In this document: piece by piece, positions 53,387 to 64,000 of the stretch
How the letters are laid out: every line of letters begins with the position of its first letter
How positions within the stretch are numbered: the stretch's first letter is position 1
Assembly: GCA_002269645.1 (NCBI GenBank)
Contig: NIVC01000180.1
Coordinates: 558,001 to 622,000, forward strand
Source: Macrostomum lignano
Taxonomy: Eukaryota
Direction of reading: 5' to 3'
DNA length: 64,000 nucleotides
Notes under the pieces: generated by a model
Told to the model about the DNA's origin: nothing
What the model saw: the letters and a program-made list of their open reading frames with translations, nothing else
Databases searched by the model: none
Position numbers and translations under genes: made by a program

Positions 53387-54906
53387 GCAGGCAGCGGCTC
53401 GGTGGCCTGACGTTCATTACTGTCAGCCAGCTCGTCCGCTGACACAATTTCCAAGTTCTCAATTGGCGACTGGCGGTTAGAGGAGGCTGCCTTCGGCTGC
53501 AGGAAAATTTGGGCATTAATAATGCCACTTGAAGAATAAATAATAACTTGAGTTTGTCCAGCAGGTGAGCAGATTCACTCACCGAAATATCGTCTGCCTC
53601 TGGTGCCAAATCCAAGTCTGCTTGCTCTTCTGAAGCAATAATTTAAGAAGTCAATTAAATGAGGCTTATTAACTAATAAAATGGTTTTTAACTTGACAAG
53701 ACTCACCAATGCTATTACTGAAGTGATCAATTTCTTCATTTAACTGTTCAAAGTTGAGACCATCTGGATGCAGCTGTTGCAGCTTTTGAAGCAGTTCCAG
53801 TTTTTGCTAAAAGTTGGCATAAATAAATAATCAATGAATAGGTTTAGAAAGTCAAAGTACAATGTGGGACCAATATACTTGTTAAAACTTGTGAGTTTTG
53901 TAAAAGGTTAAAATTTGGACATATTTTAAGTCAAGGCATTTTAATATATTTTACCTAATGTTATACTATTTATATCCATTGACATTGGAATTTAAATTTA
54001 ACAATTAGAAAACTAAAACATTAATAGAATAGGTTAAGGCTTATAAAAATAATAATAGGCCTAATATATAAGAGATATCTAATACTATATATAGTTAATT
54101 TGAATTGAAATGAAAAAACCTTGAATTATTTTTAAAATCTATTTTTAAATGAAATTGAACATATAAAGACATAGTAAATACATTATAAAGTATCCCCTAT
54201 ACCAAATACCCATGCAAAAAAACTTATATTTATATGCCTATTTTATAAGATTTATTAGGGTCTATGATTTAAATGATTTAAGAATTCTGAATACTACTTT
54301 TGAAAATAAGCTACAAAATGCTGTTATATGTTTGTTTAAAAATAGTAAATTTTATGATAGAAATTAACAAATTTTAGACTAACTTATAATCTTATATACT
54401 AGAAATGATTTGTTTATAGTACTTGGGTATATTAATTAGATTGAATACTATACAATGATTTAGCTAGTGCTAGCTAGTGGGATAAGGTACAATAACTATA
54501 TAGTAATAATAGCATAAATATAAGCCAAGCCCCCTAAATTCTTTTTCAAGTAATATTATTACCAAGTACTATTTTATATACATCTGTATACAGCATGTAA
54601 AGAAGATTGGTTAGAATTAAGAAACCTTCTTTAACTAGTAATTAAATGAATCAAAATGCTAAATAATTGGCCATTGGCATCTTCTACTTACTAATTATTT
54701 TTTAATCAAACATAAAGAAATCAAATATATCATATGTAGCTAGATTTATAGAAAGTCACTATTAGTTACTACTTACTAGTAATACTTACTTGATCATTTA
54801 GCTCCCAACCAATGGATTCGATCACATCTGTATATTTGTTTGTGTGAATAAATCCAGCAAACTCAGGTGACAATGGAATTGGTGAATCTTCTGGTGCATC
54901 ATTCAT
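53387..54906 (-). CDS. Probable 5' exons of the Rab11-FIP3/4 gene: 54906-54790, 53806-53707, 53629-53583, 53496-53387 (degenerate EF-hand-like N-terminus)
   Basis: Four small exons with strong sites (gtaagt/gtgagt donors; ttttag, ttcag and ctgcag acceptors) give an open frame MNDAPEDSPIPLSPEFAGFIHTNKYTDVIESIGWELNDQ QKLELLQKLQQLHPDGLNFEQLNEEIDHF... It ends in phase 2, compatible with the acceptor at 52516. The full model is about 554 aa. Linkage to the FIP exons is inferred. Confidence 0.62.
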
Positions 54907-57429
54907 TTTATAATAATTTCAAGCAACTGTAAAGAATCTATGATAAGTTCGTGCAATATATTTTAATTTATTAAACCTTATTGTGTTTAGTCACACTACA
55001 AGCTGTCTAGTCATCTGTTTTTCGACCTTCTCCAAGTCCAACCCCAATGCCCGGCAATATTGTTTGATTCTAATTTGTACCAAAAACTTATCGAAAATTT
55101 GGAAGAAAGCTCGCAAAAATGCGAAAATAGACTGCAGAAACGCCTCTGTCGACTCCAGCACTATATGACGGCGTGACGACAAGGCTAGGCGGCCACAATT
55201 GTGGAATTAAATATAAAAGTCTAATGATTCAAGTGAACAATCGTGACTACGGCTTGCATTTATTTCCTGTAAACGCGGAATTCATAATTTCGTTTAAATT
55301 TTATTACCGCACATTCGAGTCGTTAGTAGCTTAGTGTAGTTTCAGTCTTTACAGAAGGTTGTCTGCCGAAAATATTAAATTTAACAAGTATAACTCAAAT
55401 AAAACTATGTATTCTTTAGGCACATACATTTATAGGATATTTTCTGTCGCGCGTAACTTGCTCGTTTGCTCCGCACCCCACCAGCCTTCAGAACGAGTTA
55501 AGGTTCTGTCTGGAACGGATTCTAAACAGGATCGACTGAAATCGGAAAAATTGCGAATCTGGTGCCAAAATGAGTGCCTGCAGCCAGTAGCGCAACCATA
55601 AATTTGTCGAGAAGGGGGCGGATTCTGGAGGGGGCTGCAGTGGCCTAAGTGAGTGCCTGCCTGCAGCAGCGCCAAAATGATTGCTGAAAAATAATGTACA
55701 TGTACATGGTAGAATTCTTGGCTTTGTCCCCCCCATACATGTAAATCCATGGCGACGCCTCTGATGCGTTACCCCGATCGTACATGTATATGTACTGCGT
55801 ACATTTCTGTGCGCGCACGAACCGGGCTCTTTTACATGAACTTTTGAATATGTAAATGTTGCTGAAAGGATACCTGGTTACGGTACACAAAATATTAAAT
55901 TCCAGCTGAACCAAATTCCAGCAGTGTTCGTCGCCGCAAACAGTTATTCGATTTATGTTTTTACAGTTTATTTAATTCGTACAAGTCGGTAAAAGTCCAA
56001 AATCTGGCTGGTGCTGCATGCATGGTACAGTAAGGCTGAGCTGCATGCCGGTGGCTTTGACTTTACTGCAAGGGGCACCGACAACTTCTATCGAATTCAC
56101 AGGGGTATATAATTAGGTACCTAGCTGGCGAGCATCGGTATCCTCTCGGGCCAGCAAAATGTCGAAGAGAACCGGGTGTGGCCCATGAGGTGAGGGAGCC
56201 GGGCCCCTGATGAAGACCGCGGGCAGTGGCAGATAAAGTGCTCAGTGTTTTCCCTACTTTAGCGACAAAGGGGCATCGCTCCACAGGAGACCTGGCTGAG
56301 CCTACGGAGGGCTCTACGCAGGAGGGGAGAGGGGCAGGGGATGGCAGCACGGGATTGCCTCCAATTGCAAGTGTTGTGCTCGGAGTATCAGTCAATTCAG
56401 CGAGCCTCAATGTGTATATAGTTGCAAACTGCAAACTGCTATGTATACAGTAGTGCACCGGGCTAATTCTCTCTCCTGCGTCTTCCTTCTAATATGGCTT
56501 CCACCGGACGAAAAGTGCTCTCTCTTCCGCAAGTGCGTGCGTCTCGACTCTCTGCTAGCGCTTATCGTAGCATTCCGTAGTAGTTTTATTATGGAGACGC
56601 GGCTGTAGAGAAGCTGCAGAAAGAGAAGTGCAGAGACAGATTAAACTAAATGTACAGTGTAAGCTTGTAGACCTGAAAAGCGCAATGGTTAAGCTGATGT
56701 CAAACAGAAATCAGAAGAATATGGAAGCACTTCAAAGGGTACGTGAGTAATATATTGTTGCGAGAAGTTTCTGGAAAAGATGTAAAAAACTTCGTTTTCA
56801 ACACCAAATATACGACTTTGCTTAGTACTCTACAAGCTACAATAAACTTAGCGCTATCTCCCCACTTTTTCATCGCTCTCAGCTGCGAAAGAAGTTCAGC
56901 CTTGCTCTAAAACTGTGGCTATAGCTGTATACATGCGCACTGTGTGCCTACACTGTATACGGACGTACTGCAGAACGCGGTGCCATCCGGGACCAATGCC
57001 TGTATCCATCCGCGAAATTAGTGTTAAAATTAAATGTACATGTACGTCATGAACAAAAATGCAGTGTGGCAAAAGTTGAGAATGCATTTGACAACCGTCA
57101 TGTACATGCGTTGTTGTGCTAAAATATGATTCAGCAGTTTTAAATCAGAAACGTTATAGAGGTTAAATGGCGAGCAAGCAGCTAATGGCCGATTTTTCAT
57201 TTCGTCTCTTGTTAGAAAACTATAATTTCTCTACAATGGCGGCCGCGGTAAGCAGCTCTGTAAGTTCTGGTGCATCATATTCATAATTTTTGTAATGATC
57301 AGTGCTCATGCACATTCCGATTTATGTAATCAGTTGTTATCGATTAGCAGTTGCTTATACAGGAATTTTTATTTCAGGGGACCAAACCTTAATTTTTGGG
57401 CGCCAATATTTGTGCCTTGGTGAGCGTCC

Positions 57430-58765
57430 TTGTCTCCTAGTCAAGCTCCCCTGTCTCCTAGTCAGGCTCCCCTGTCTCCTAGTGCAGGCTCCCCTGTCTC
57501 CTAGTCAGGCTCCCCTGTCTCCTAGTGCAGGCTCCCCTGTCTCCTAGTCAGGCTCCCCTGTCTCCTAGTGCAGGCTCCCGGCCCTGTCTCCTAGTGCAGG
57601 CTCCCCTGTCTCCTAGTGCAGGCTCCCGGCCCTGTCTCCTAGTGCGGGCGCCCCTGTCTCCTAGTGCAGGCTCCCCTGTCTCCTAGTGCAGGCTCCCCTG
57701 TCTCCTTGTGCAGGCTCCCCTGTCTCCTAGTGCAGGCTCCCCTGTCTCCTTGTGCAGGCTCCCCTGTCTCCTAGTGCAGGCTCCCCTGTCTCCTAGTGCA
57801 GGCTCCCCTGTCTCCTAGTGCAGGCTCCCCTGTCTCCTAGTGCAGGCTCCCCTGTCTCCTAGTGCAGGCTCCCCTGTCTCCTAGTCAGGCTCCCCTGTCT
57901 CCTAGTGCAGGCTCCCGGCCCTGTCTCCTAGTGCAGGCTCCCCTGTCTCCTAGTCAGGCTCCCCTGTCTCCTAGTGCAGGCTCCCCTGTCTCCTTGTGCA
58001 GGCGCCACTGTCTCCTTGTGCAGGCGCCCCTGTCTCCTTGTGCAGGCGCCACTGTCTCCTTGTGCAGGCGCCACTGTCTCCTTGTGCAGGCACCCCTGTC
58101 TCCTTGTGCAGGCACCCCTGTCTCCTTGTACAGGCGCCACTGTCTCCTAGTCAGGCTCCCCTGTCTCCTAGTGCAGGCGCCCCTGTCTCCTTGTGCAGGC
58201 GCCACTGTCTCCTTGTGCAGGCGCCACTGTCTCCTTGTGCAGGCGCCACTGTCTCCTTGTGCAGGCGCCCCTGTCTCCTTGTGCAGGCGCCACTGTCTCC
58301 TTGTGCAGGCGCCACTGTCTCCTAGTCAGGCTCCCCTATCTCCTTGTGCAGGCGCCCCTGTCTCCTTGTGCAGGCGCCACTGTCTCCTTGTGCAGGCGCC
58401 ACTGTCTCCTTGTGCAGGCGCCCCTGTCTCCTTGTGCAGGCGCCACTGTCTCCTTGTGCAGGCGCCACTGTCTCCTAGTCAGGCTCCCCTATCTCCTTGT
58501 GCAGGCGCCCCTGTCTCCTTGTGCAGGCGCCACTGTCTCCTTGTGCAGGCGCCACTGTCTCCTTGTGCAGGCGCCCCTGTCTCCTTGTGCAGGCGCCCCT
58601 GTCTCCTTGTGCAGGCGCCACTGTCTCCTTGTGCAGGCACCCCTGTCTCCTTGTGCAGGCACCCCTGTCTCCTTGTGCAGGCGCCACTGTCTCCTAGTGC
58701 AGGCGCCACTGTCTCCTAGTGCAGGCTCCCGGCCCTGTCTCCTTGTGCAGGCGCCACTGTCTCCC
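57430..58765. repeat. Minisatellite, 22-nt (and 18-nt variant) unit TGTCTCCTTGTGCAGGCGCCAC
   Basis: Seen directly. Confidence 0.95.
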
Positions 58766-60248
58766 CTGTGGCAGAAATTGAGCTCCCTGCCATTTGCCCA
58801 GGTTTTTTGCTTCTTTCCTTTTAATAGTGAAGCTTTTTAGAGTTTTACATAGAGGTGTTTCTAAGGAGCGCAATCTGTTTCGATCGTGGCCCCCCAGCCC
58901 CCCGGCCCTGTCTGCCTACATGTACGCGCCACTATCGATTAAATACATTATGTTTATATCAGTGCAAGGCGCGATTTAACATGCATGTTAAGCTTAAATC
59001 TAATTTATACCTGCATAAGCGCCTATTGCAGCACTGCACGTTTCAGATCGGAGTCACTGAGACAAGCCAATGGCCAATGGCCTTCTGTGACACACTCGAA
59101 CTGAACTACTGTGACCGCAACATATTTCCTGATTTCCATGAGCATCATGTCGCTGAAAGTATCCAAAATAGCTCCGATTTCGATTAAATATTATTTACTT
59201 CTATTTTTATAGCACCTTTTCGTTTCAAAGTAGAGCGAGACTGCTAATGACTATAAATAACTTAAAAATGATCAAGAGCAGAAAAGCAGCATGTAATTAA
59301 GACTTCACAAGAGCATTCCTTATCGCCCCGTGTAATGTACGAGCGTAGTACATGTAAATAACACTGCTTGTGTAGCTTCGTAGCAAAAGTACATTCTTAA
59401 GAACTAACACATGCACTTATTTCTAAATGTGACATGTACGTTTTGTTGAGCGACTAAGAAGGAACCTCACTCCAACCAACCAAAATAGCTATTCATATAC
59501 ATGCATATATAAGCCGGTGGTTTGAATCCTATATACTGTACGTGACTTTCTATTGTATATAGAAATCTTACCTTGGCTTCAATAGCTATATAAATTTCAT
59601 ATAAGTGTGAAAGAGGGCTCTATGAGTTGAGCCTTTTGAGAAGCCTACGCTCGTAGAACAGTCTGCATCTGACGTTTTAGCTGCACACAGGTAACGGCCG
59701 GTTGTGTGTACAATGTATATTGCGAAATTGAAACCAACATGCTGAGTGCCGAGTTTTCTTCGTTTTTTTCTCGCGTGAATTTTGGAAATAAAAGAATGAG
59801 AAAAAATTCCATGAGAACATCTGCTAACGCGCATCATACAGCTACATAAACGGCAGTACTGCAAGTAGCACAATATCTGTAGCGCTGACTGCACGCACCC
59901 ATGCATCTGAAGACATGGGCATGGGCATTATTATGATCATTTATGATATCCCAGCGGGCAAATCTCCCGCAACAAAACTGCGGCTGGAAAATCTCCAGCT
60001 GAAAAAACTCGAGCTCTGGCTGGAAAATCTTCAATTAGGGGCCAAAAGATTTAGCTCAAACTTATAGTTTGAATTAACTAGCGGTAGCAGTCAAACTTTT
60101 TTGAGCGAACAAGTACAGCAACTCGAATTAGTTTTGTAACGGTTTGACAATTCTTTAATTTGAATCTAGTTTATTTATTTTAACTTTAGTTAAGATCCTG
60201 TAGCTGTTAAATATGTTCGTAACTTATTCTAGGGTTCTAGTAAATAGA

Positions 60249-60505
60249 AACCTCTTCACATTACCAATTCCAGAACCAGAATCGGTTCGGATCTTCCAAG
60301 AAAAACAGCAGTATAACTATTTAACTCTGTTAATAGGTGACTGCCTTAACAGCCTCGCTTTGCACAAATTTTCACTTTCTTCTTGGCGATTTTCATTCAA
60401 TAATTAAGAGTTTATAGCAAGTATATCCCTCTAGTTAAGGAGAAAAAATTTATACTTTACAAATTGGTTCTGGTTCTAGAACCAGAACAAGCAATATGAA
60501 GAGCC
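60249..60505. mobile_element. About 255-bp MITE family, copy 1; further copies at 61079-61153 (split) and 63417-63673 (inverted)
   Basis: Short TIRs of the GG(C)CTTTTCATATT type and an internal ccaattccagaaccagaatcggttcgg shared by all copies. Confidence 0.75.
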
Positions 60506-61153
60506 TAGGCTGGGTTTTTTAAATTGGTTTCCGTTTCCAAGAAATGCGAGGGCGACTCATTAAACATGTGAGGTGGGGCGGAGAAAAAGAATTAAAAATT
60601 GAAAATCGGTCTGTCGTTAGCTGACACCGAAAAATGGGCGGTTCTAACTTTTGGATTCCGCCTTCGTAATCTCGGCACTCGCAAAGCCGGAAAATTTCAC
60701 GGATTCGTTCAAATCGCTTTTCTCCTGTAATACTCCATCTGCCGGGTCCTCAATTCCGGGGGAGGCCTAGTCGTAATCGTAGTCGAGCGGTCTAAATATA
60801 GTCTGCATAGTATGCTATAAATGGCAATGTCCCACTAGTTTCCTGCGTTAAATTATTTTGACCTGATTTTCGTCATTTTCTATATATATACATTTTCTAT
60901 TTGAAAATGCTAGGCCCTATTGATTGCTATCGGAATGCTATTTTCTATTTCTATTTTCCATATATATAGGCCTATATTTATTCTATATATATACATGGTT
61001 TCTGAATTGCATACCATTAAAGGCACCTAGGCCCACGTGAAGGCGAAGTTTTGTAGTCAGCATGGCAACCTGCAGTGAGGCTTTTCATATTACCAATTCC
61101 AGAATCAGAATCGGTTCGGATCTTCCAAGAAAAACAGCAGTATAACTATTTAA

Positions 61154-63394
61154 CAACAACAACAACAAAATACGCTGTCAGGATGGCAAATGTCTGCGTC
61201 ACAGGGCGTGCTTCATGGCTTGGGCGCGAACAAAGGCCGTGCCACCGGCAGTGTCCGGGGCGCCGGCGTCAGCCAGCAGACAGTCGACATAACGCCGAGT
61301 TCGCGCTTGACCTCGCCGGTATGGTGCCTGCAGCGTGAGCAGCAGCACCTCCTGCACCGGCTGTGGGCAGTATGACTCGGCGCGGATGAGATGGCCTGCA
61401 GGCTGGAGTCTCCGACGGCGCAGTAGATCACTTGTACGTGGCAGGCCAGCGCGGCGATAGAGTGCCGCGTTGGTGACTTGCTCGACGCCGATGTTGAAGG
61501 CGGCGCGCAGCAGGCCAGCGTGCGCCACATCGACTTGCTGTTCGATGAGTCCGTCAGCGTCCAGGTCTCGGCGTTGTACAGCAGGACGGTCTCGATTACC
61601 GCCTGGAACAGCGCCGCCCTCTTGCGGTCCGGTAGGGCCTCGGACTGCAGGACTGCCCTCACAGAACGAAAGGCAGCCCAGGCAAGCCCGCGGCGGCGTC
61701 GCAGGTCCTCGCGAGCGTCTGGAACCAGACCGCCGAGGTAGACGAACTGCTGACATCGCGGGAGTTCGGTCGCCTGCCCGTCAGCGCCTCGGCAGAATAT
61801 TGCAGCCTTGATGTCGTCCGGCACGCAGAGCACAACGGTCTTCTGCGTGTTGACCACCCTGGGCGCCCTCGACGGTCGAGGACAGCAGGTCGAGGTCGTC
61901 GGCGTAGCCAAGCACGCTGAGCCGCTTCTCCGGTTGACGTCGACCCACGCGTCGCCGCAGCAGAAAACCGTCGTCGTCGGTAGGAAGAGCAGTCCGCAGC
62001 ACCCAGTCAAGCACCAGGACGAACAGGAACGGCGCCAGCGTATCTCCCTAAAGTACTCCGGAGGATGTCTCAAAGGAGTCCGATAGGCCGTCCGGTGTTG
62101 TCACAGCAGCTGTCGTATCACGGTACATCGCCATGATGGCGGAGATCAGCTGCTCAGGCACGTTGTACGCGCGGAGCACCATTGGAAGCACGGCTCTGAC
62201 AACCGAGTCGAATGCCTTCTTGAAATCATAAAGATTAGAATCAGGATCGACTGGCGAATCCGCGCCTCCTCGATGACTCGGCGAAGAGCCAGGGTCTGCG
62301 CCACTGTGCCGCGATGGGGCCGGAATCCGTTTTGCTCTGGGCGCAGGTACGGATCAAGCACGGGCTGCAACTGCGAAAGCAGCATACGGTTGAACAGCTT
62401 CGCTGGACAGGACTGACGGCAGATGCCTCGATATTCTTCAAGCCTAGTGGTGCCCGGCTTCTTTAGAACAGCGACGATGTGCGCCGTGGTCCATTCGTTG
62501 GGCGCCGCCTCACCGAAGAGCACGCGGTTCATCACTCTGGCGACCTCAGCGGCCACACAGGGGATGCGCAGCGCCTCGATGGGCACCTAGTCCGGACCCC
62601 GCCCGGTGACTGCTGGGCGAGCTCGACAACGTCGGCTGCGTTGACTGGGGCTACGCTGAAACTCTCCTCTGCGGGCAACGGCGTCTCCGGCGGCAGCCTC
62701 AGACTCAGCCTCAGCCTCAGACGATGGCGGCGAAGAACTCGTGCAGCTCGTTCCTGCGCTCGTCCGGAGTGTCACCAGCCAGGTTCAGCGGATAGCGCCG
62801 CTTTCGCCCCGTCAGAGCATTGATGGCGGAACAGGCTACGCGCCCTCTGGCATCGGGCCCAGCGGCAGAGACAGCCTGAATGGCGTCATCGACAGCCGCT
62901 TGTTGGCGCTGCAGGTAGACAGCCGCCAGAGCTGCCTCTGCCTCGCGGGTTGGTCGCCTGCTCAAGCGGAGCCTCACCAGATCTTCCCTCGCTGCCTGAA
63001 TCGCAGGGTCGTCCTGCCAGACCGGCTGCCCACGTTGAGCCGGTTGCATCATCGGGACTGCTTGCTCCGCGGCGGTTCTGACTGCAGCGCACACTTCCGC
63101 ATACTCGGCACTTCCACGCTTGTCGCCCAGCGCGGTGTTAAAGGCGCTAGCAAAGCGACGCTGCGTGTCGGTGGCTCTGAGCGCGCGGTAGTAGCGCCGC
63201 GGTGGCCGCTTCGGCGGACGGTAGAGCGGATCGCGAAGGTTGAGGTCGCAGATGAGGAGCCGGTGATCGGACCGCAGAGCCAGCGGCGTGATGGTGCGGC
63301 AGTTGACGGCGCGACGACGCTCACGGAAACGCACGAGCACGTGGTCGAGCTGTGCTTGTCTCCGGGTTGCGTTCCTGCCACGCAGTCAAACATT
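61154..63394 (-). mobile_element. 5'-truncated, inactivated non-LTR retrotransposon (RTE-like: APE endonuclease C-terminus plus RT)
   Basis: LDHVLV...SDHRLL (APE end), EWTTAHIVAVLKK...YRGI, EQNGFRPHRGT, GVL*GDTLAPFLF and YADD, with several frameshifts and stops. Short 3' UTR with a (TTG)n tail. Candidate 8-bp TSD CTATTTAA at 61146-61153 and 63395-63402. Confidence 0.88.
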
Positions 63395-63416
63395 CTATTT
63401 AATTCTGTTGAATATA

Positions 63417-63673
63417 GGGCCTTTTCAAATTGCTTACTCTGGTTCCAGAACCAGAACCAATTTGTGAAGTATAACTTTTTGTCTCCATAACTAGACAGAG
63501 ATACGTACTATAAAGTTTTTATTATTAAATGACAATCGCCAAGAAAGTGAAAAATTGTGCTAAGTTAGGTTGTTAAGGCAGTCAAATATTAACAGAGTTT
63601 AATAGTTATACTGCTGTTTTTCTTGGAATTCCGAACCGATTCTGGTTCTGGAATTGGTAATATAAAAAGGCCC
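63417..63673. mobile_element. MITE copy 3, inverted relative to copy 1 and nested in copy 2
   Basis: Diverged reverse complement of 60249-60505, with ends gggccttttcaaatt and aatataaaaaggccc. Confidence 0.75.
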
Positions 63674-64000
63674 ATACTTCACAAATTGGTTCTGGTTTTG
63701 GAACCAGAACAAGCAATATGAAAAGGCCCATTGACGAACCTTTTTGACTCCCACCTCAGCGAGTTTCTCTGGCGCCAACTCTACCCAAAAAGAGCTTCGG
63801 CAACTTTCTGTACTGACTGACACATTACTAGGCCTACGCCATGTAGTACGAGCCTTTTAAGACCTAAGACTCGTTTTAAATCTTTTATAGGCCTAAACTT
63901 GCCTTTGTTTGTTCGTTTCAAATTTTGGGTTAAAATAATTTAATGCGGAACACTAGGACATTGCCATATAGGCCTATTTAATATGCAGACATCGCCTGTT

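Noticed and set aside
54991-55182. 63-codon open frame upstream of FIP with an EF-hand-like LRAFFQIFDK
   Set aside because: It starts at TTG, not ATG. Joining it to exon 54926 needs a weak donor plus a 1-nt correction in the T4 run at 54906-54909, so it cannot be supported without reads.
57345-58932. Possible DNA transposon ends (CAGT(T/G)GC...) around the 57.4-58.8 kb minisatellite
   Set aside because: The inverted match is too short and degenerate, and no TSD was found.

Overview
Eukaryotic, intron-rich and very repeat-rich genomic DNA. The FVRL-amide precursor and minisatellite-filled introns suggest a flatworm such as Macrostomum, but this is inference. Four host genes can be assembled from GT-AG exons with consistent phases: (1) a 3-exon DEGS1-type sphingolipid delta-4 desaturase (+, 976-3451); (2) a single-exon neuropeptide precursor encoding 15x PSFVRLamide and 1x PSFFRLamide (-, 5318-6001); (3) a 4-exon GnRH/AKH/corazonin-type class A GPCR with a very long, repeat-containing third intracellular loop (-, 14336-28011); (4) a 10-exon Rab11-FIP3/4 (nuf-like) gene (-, 38270-54906). 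Mobile elements include an intact, very young Mag-type Ty3/gypsy element (46400-51042; 242-bp LTRs with 1 mismatch, 5-bp TSD, 1320-aa gag-pol), a decayed Ty1/copia element, gypsy integrase debris, two RTE-like LINE copies (one with a second LINE nested inside), and several MITE/foldback families in nested arrangements. About 25 distinct micro/minisatellite arrays fill introns and intergenic space. Most long ORFs in the supplied track are translations of these repeats and are not genes. No CRISPR array, rRNA or intact tRNA gene was seen.
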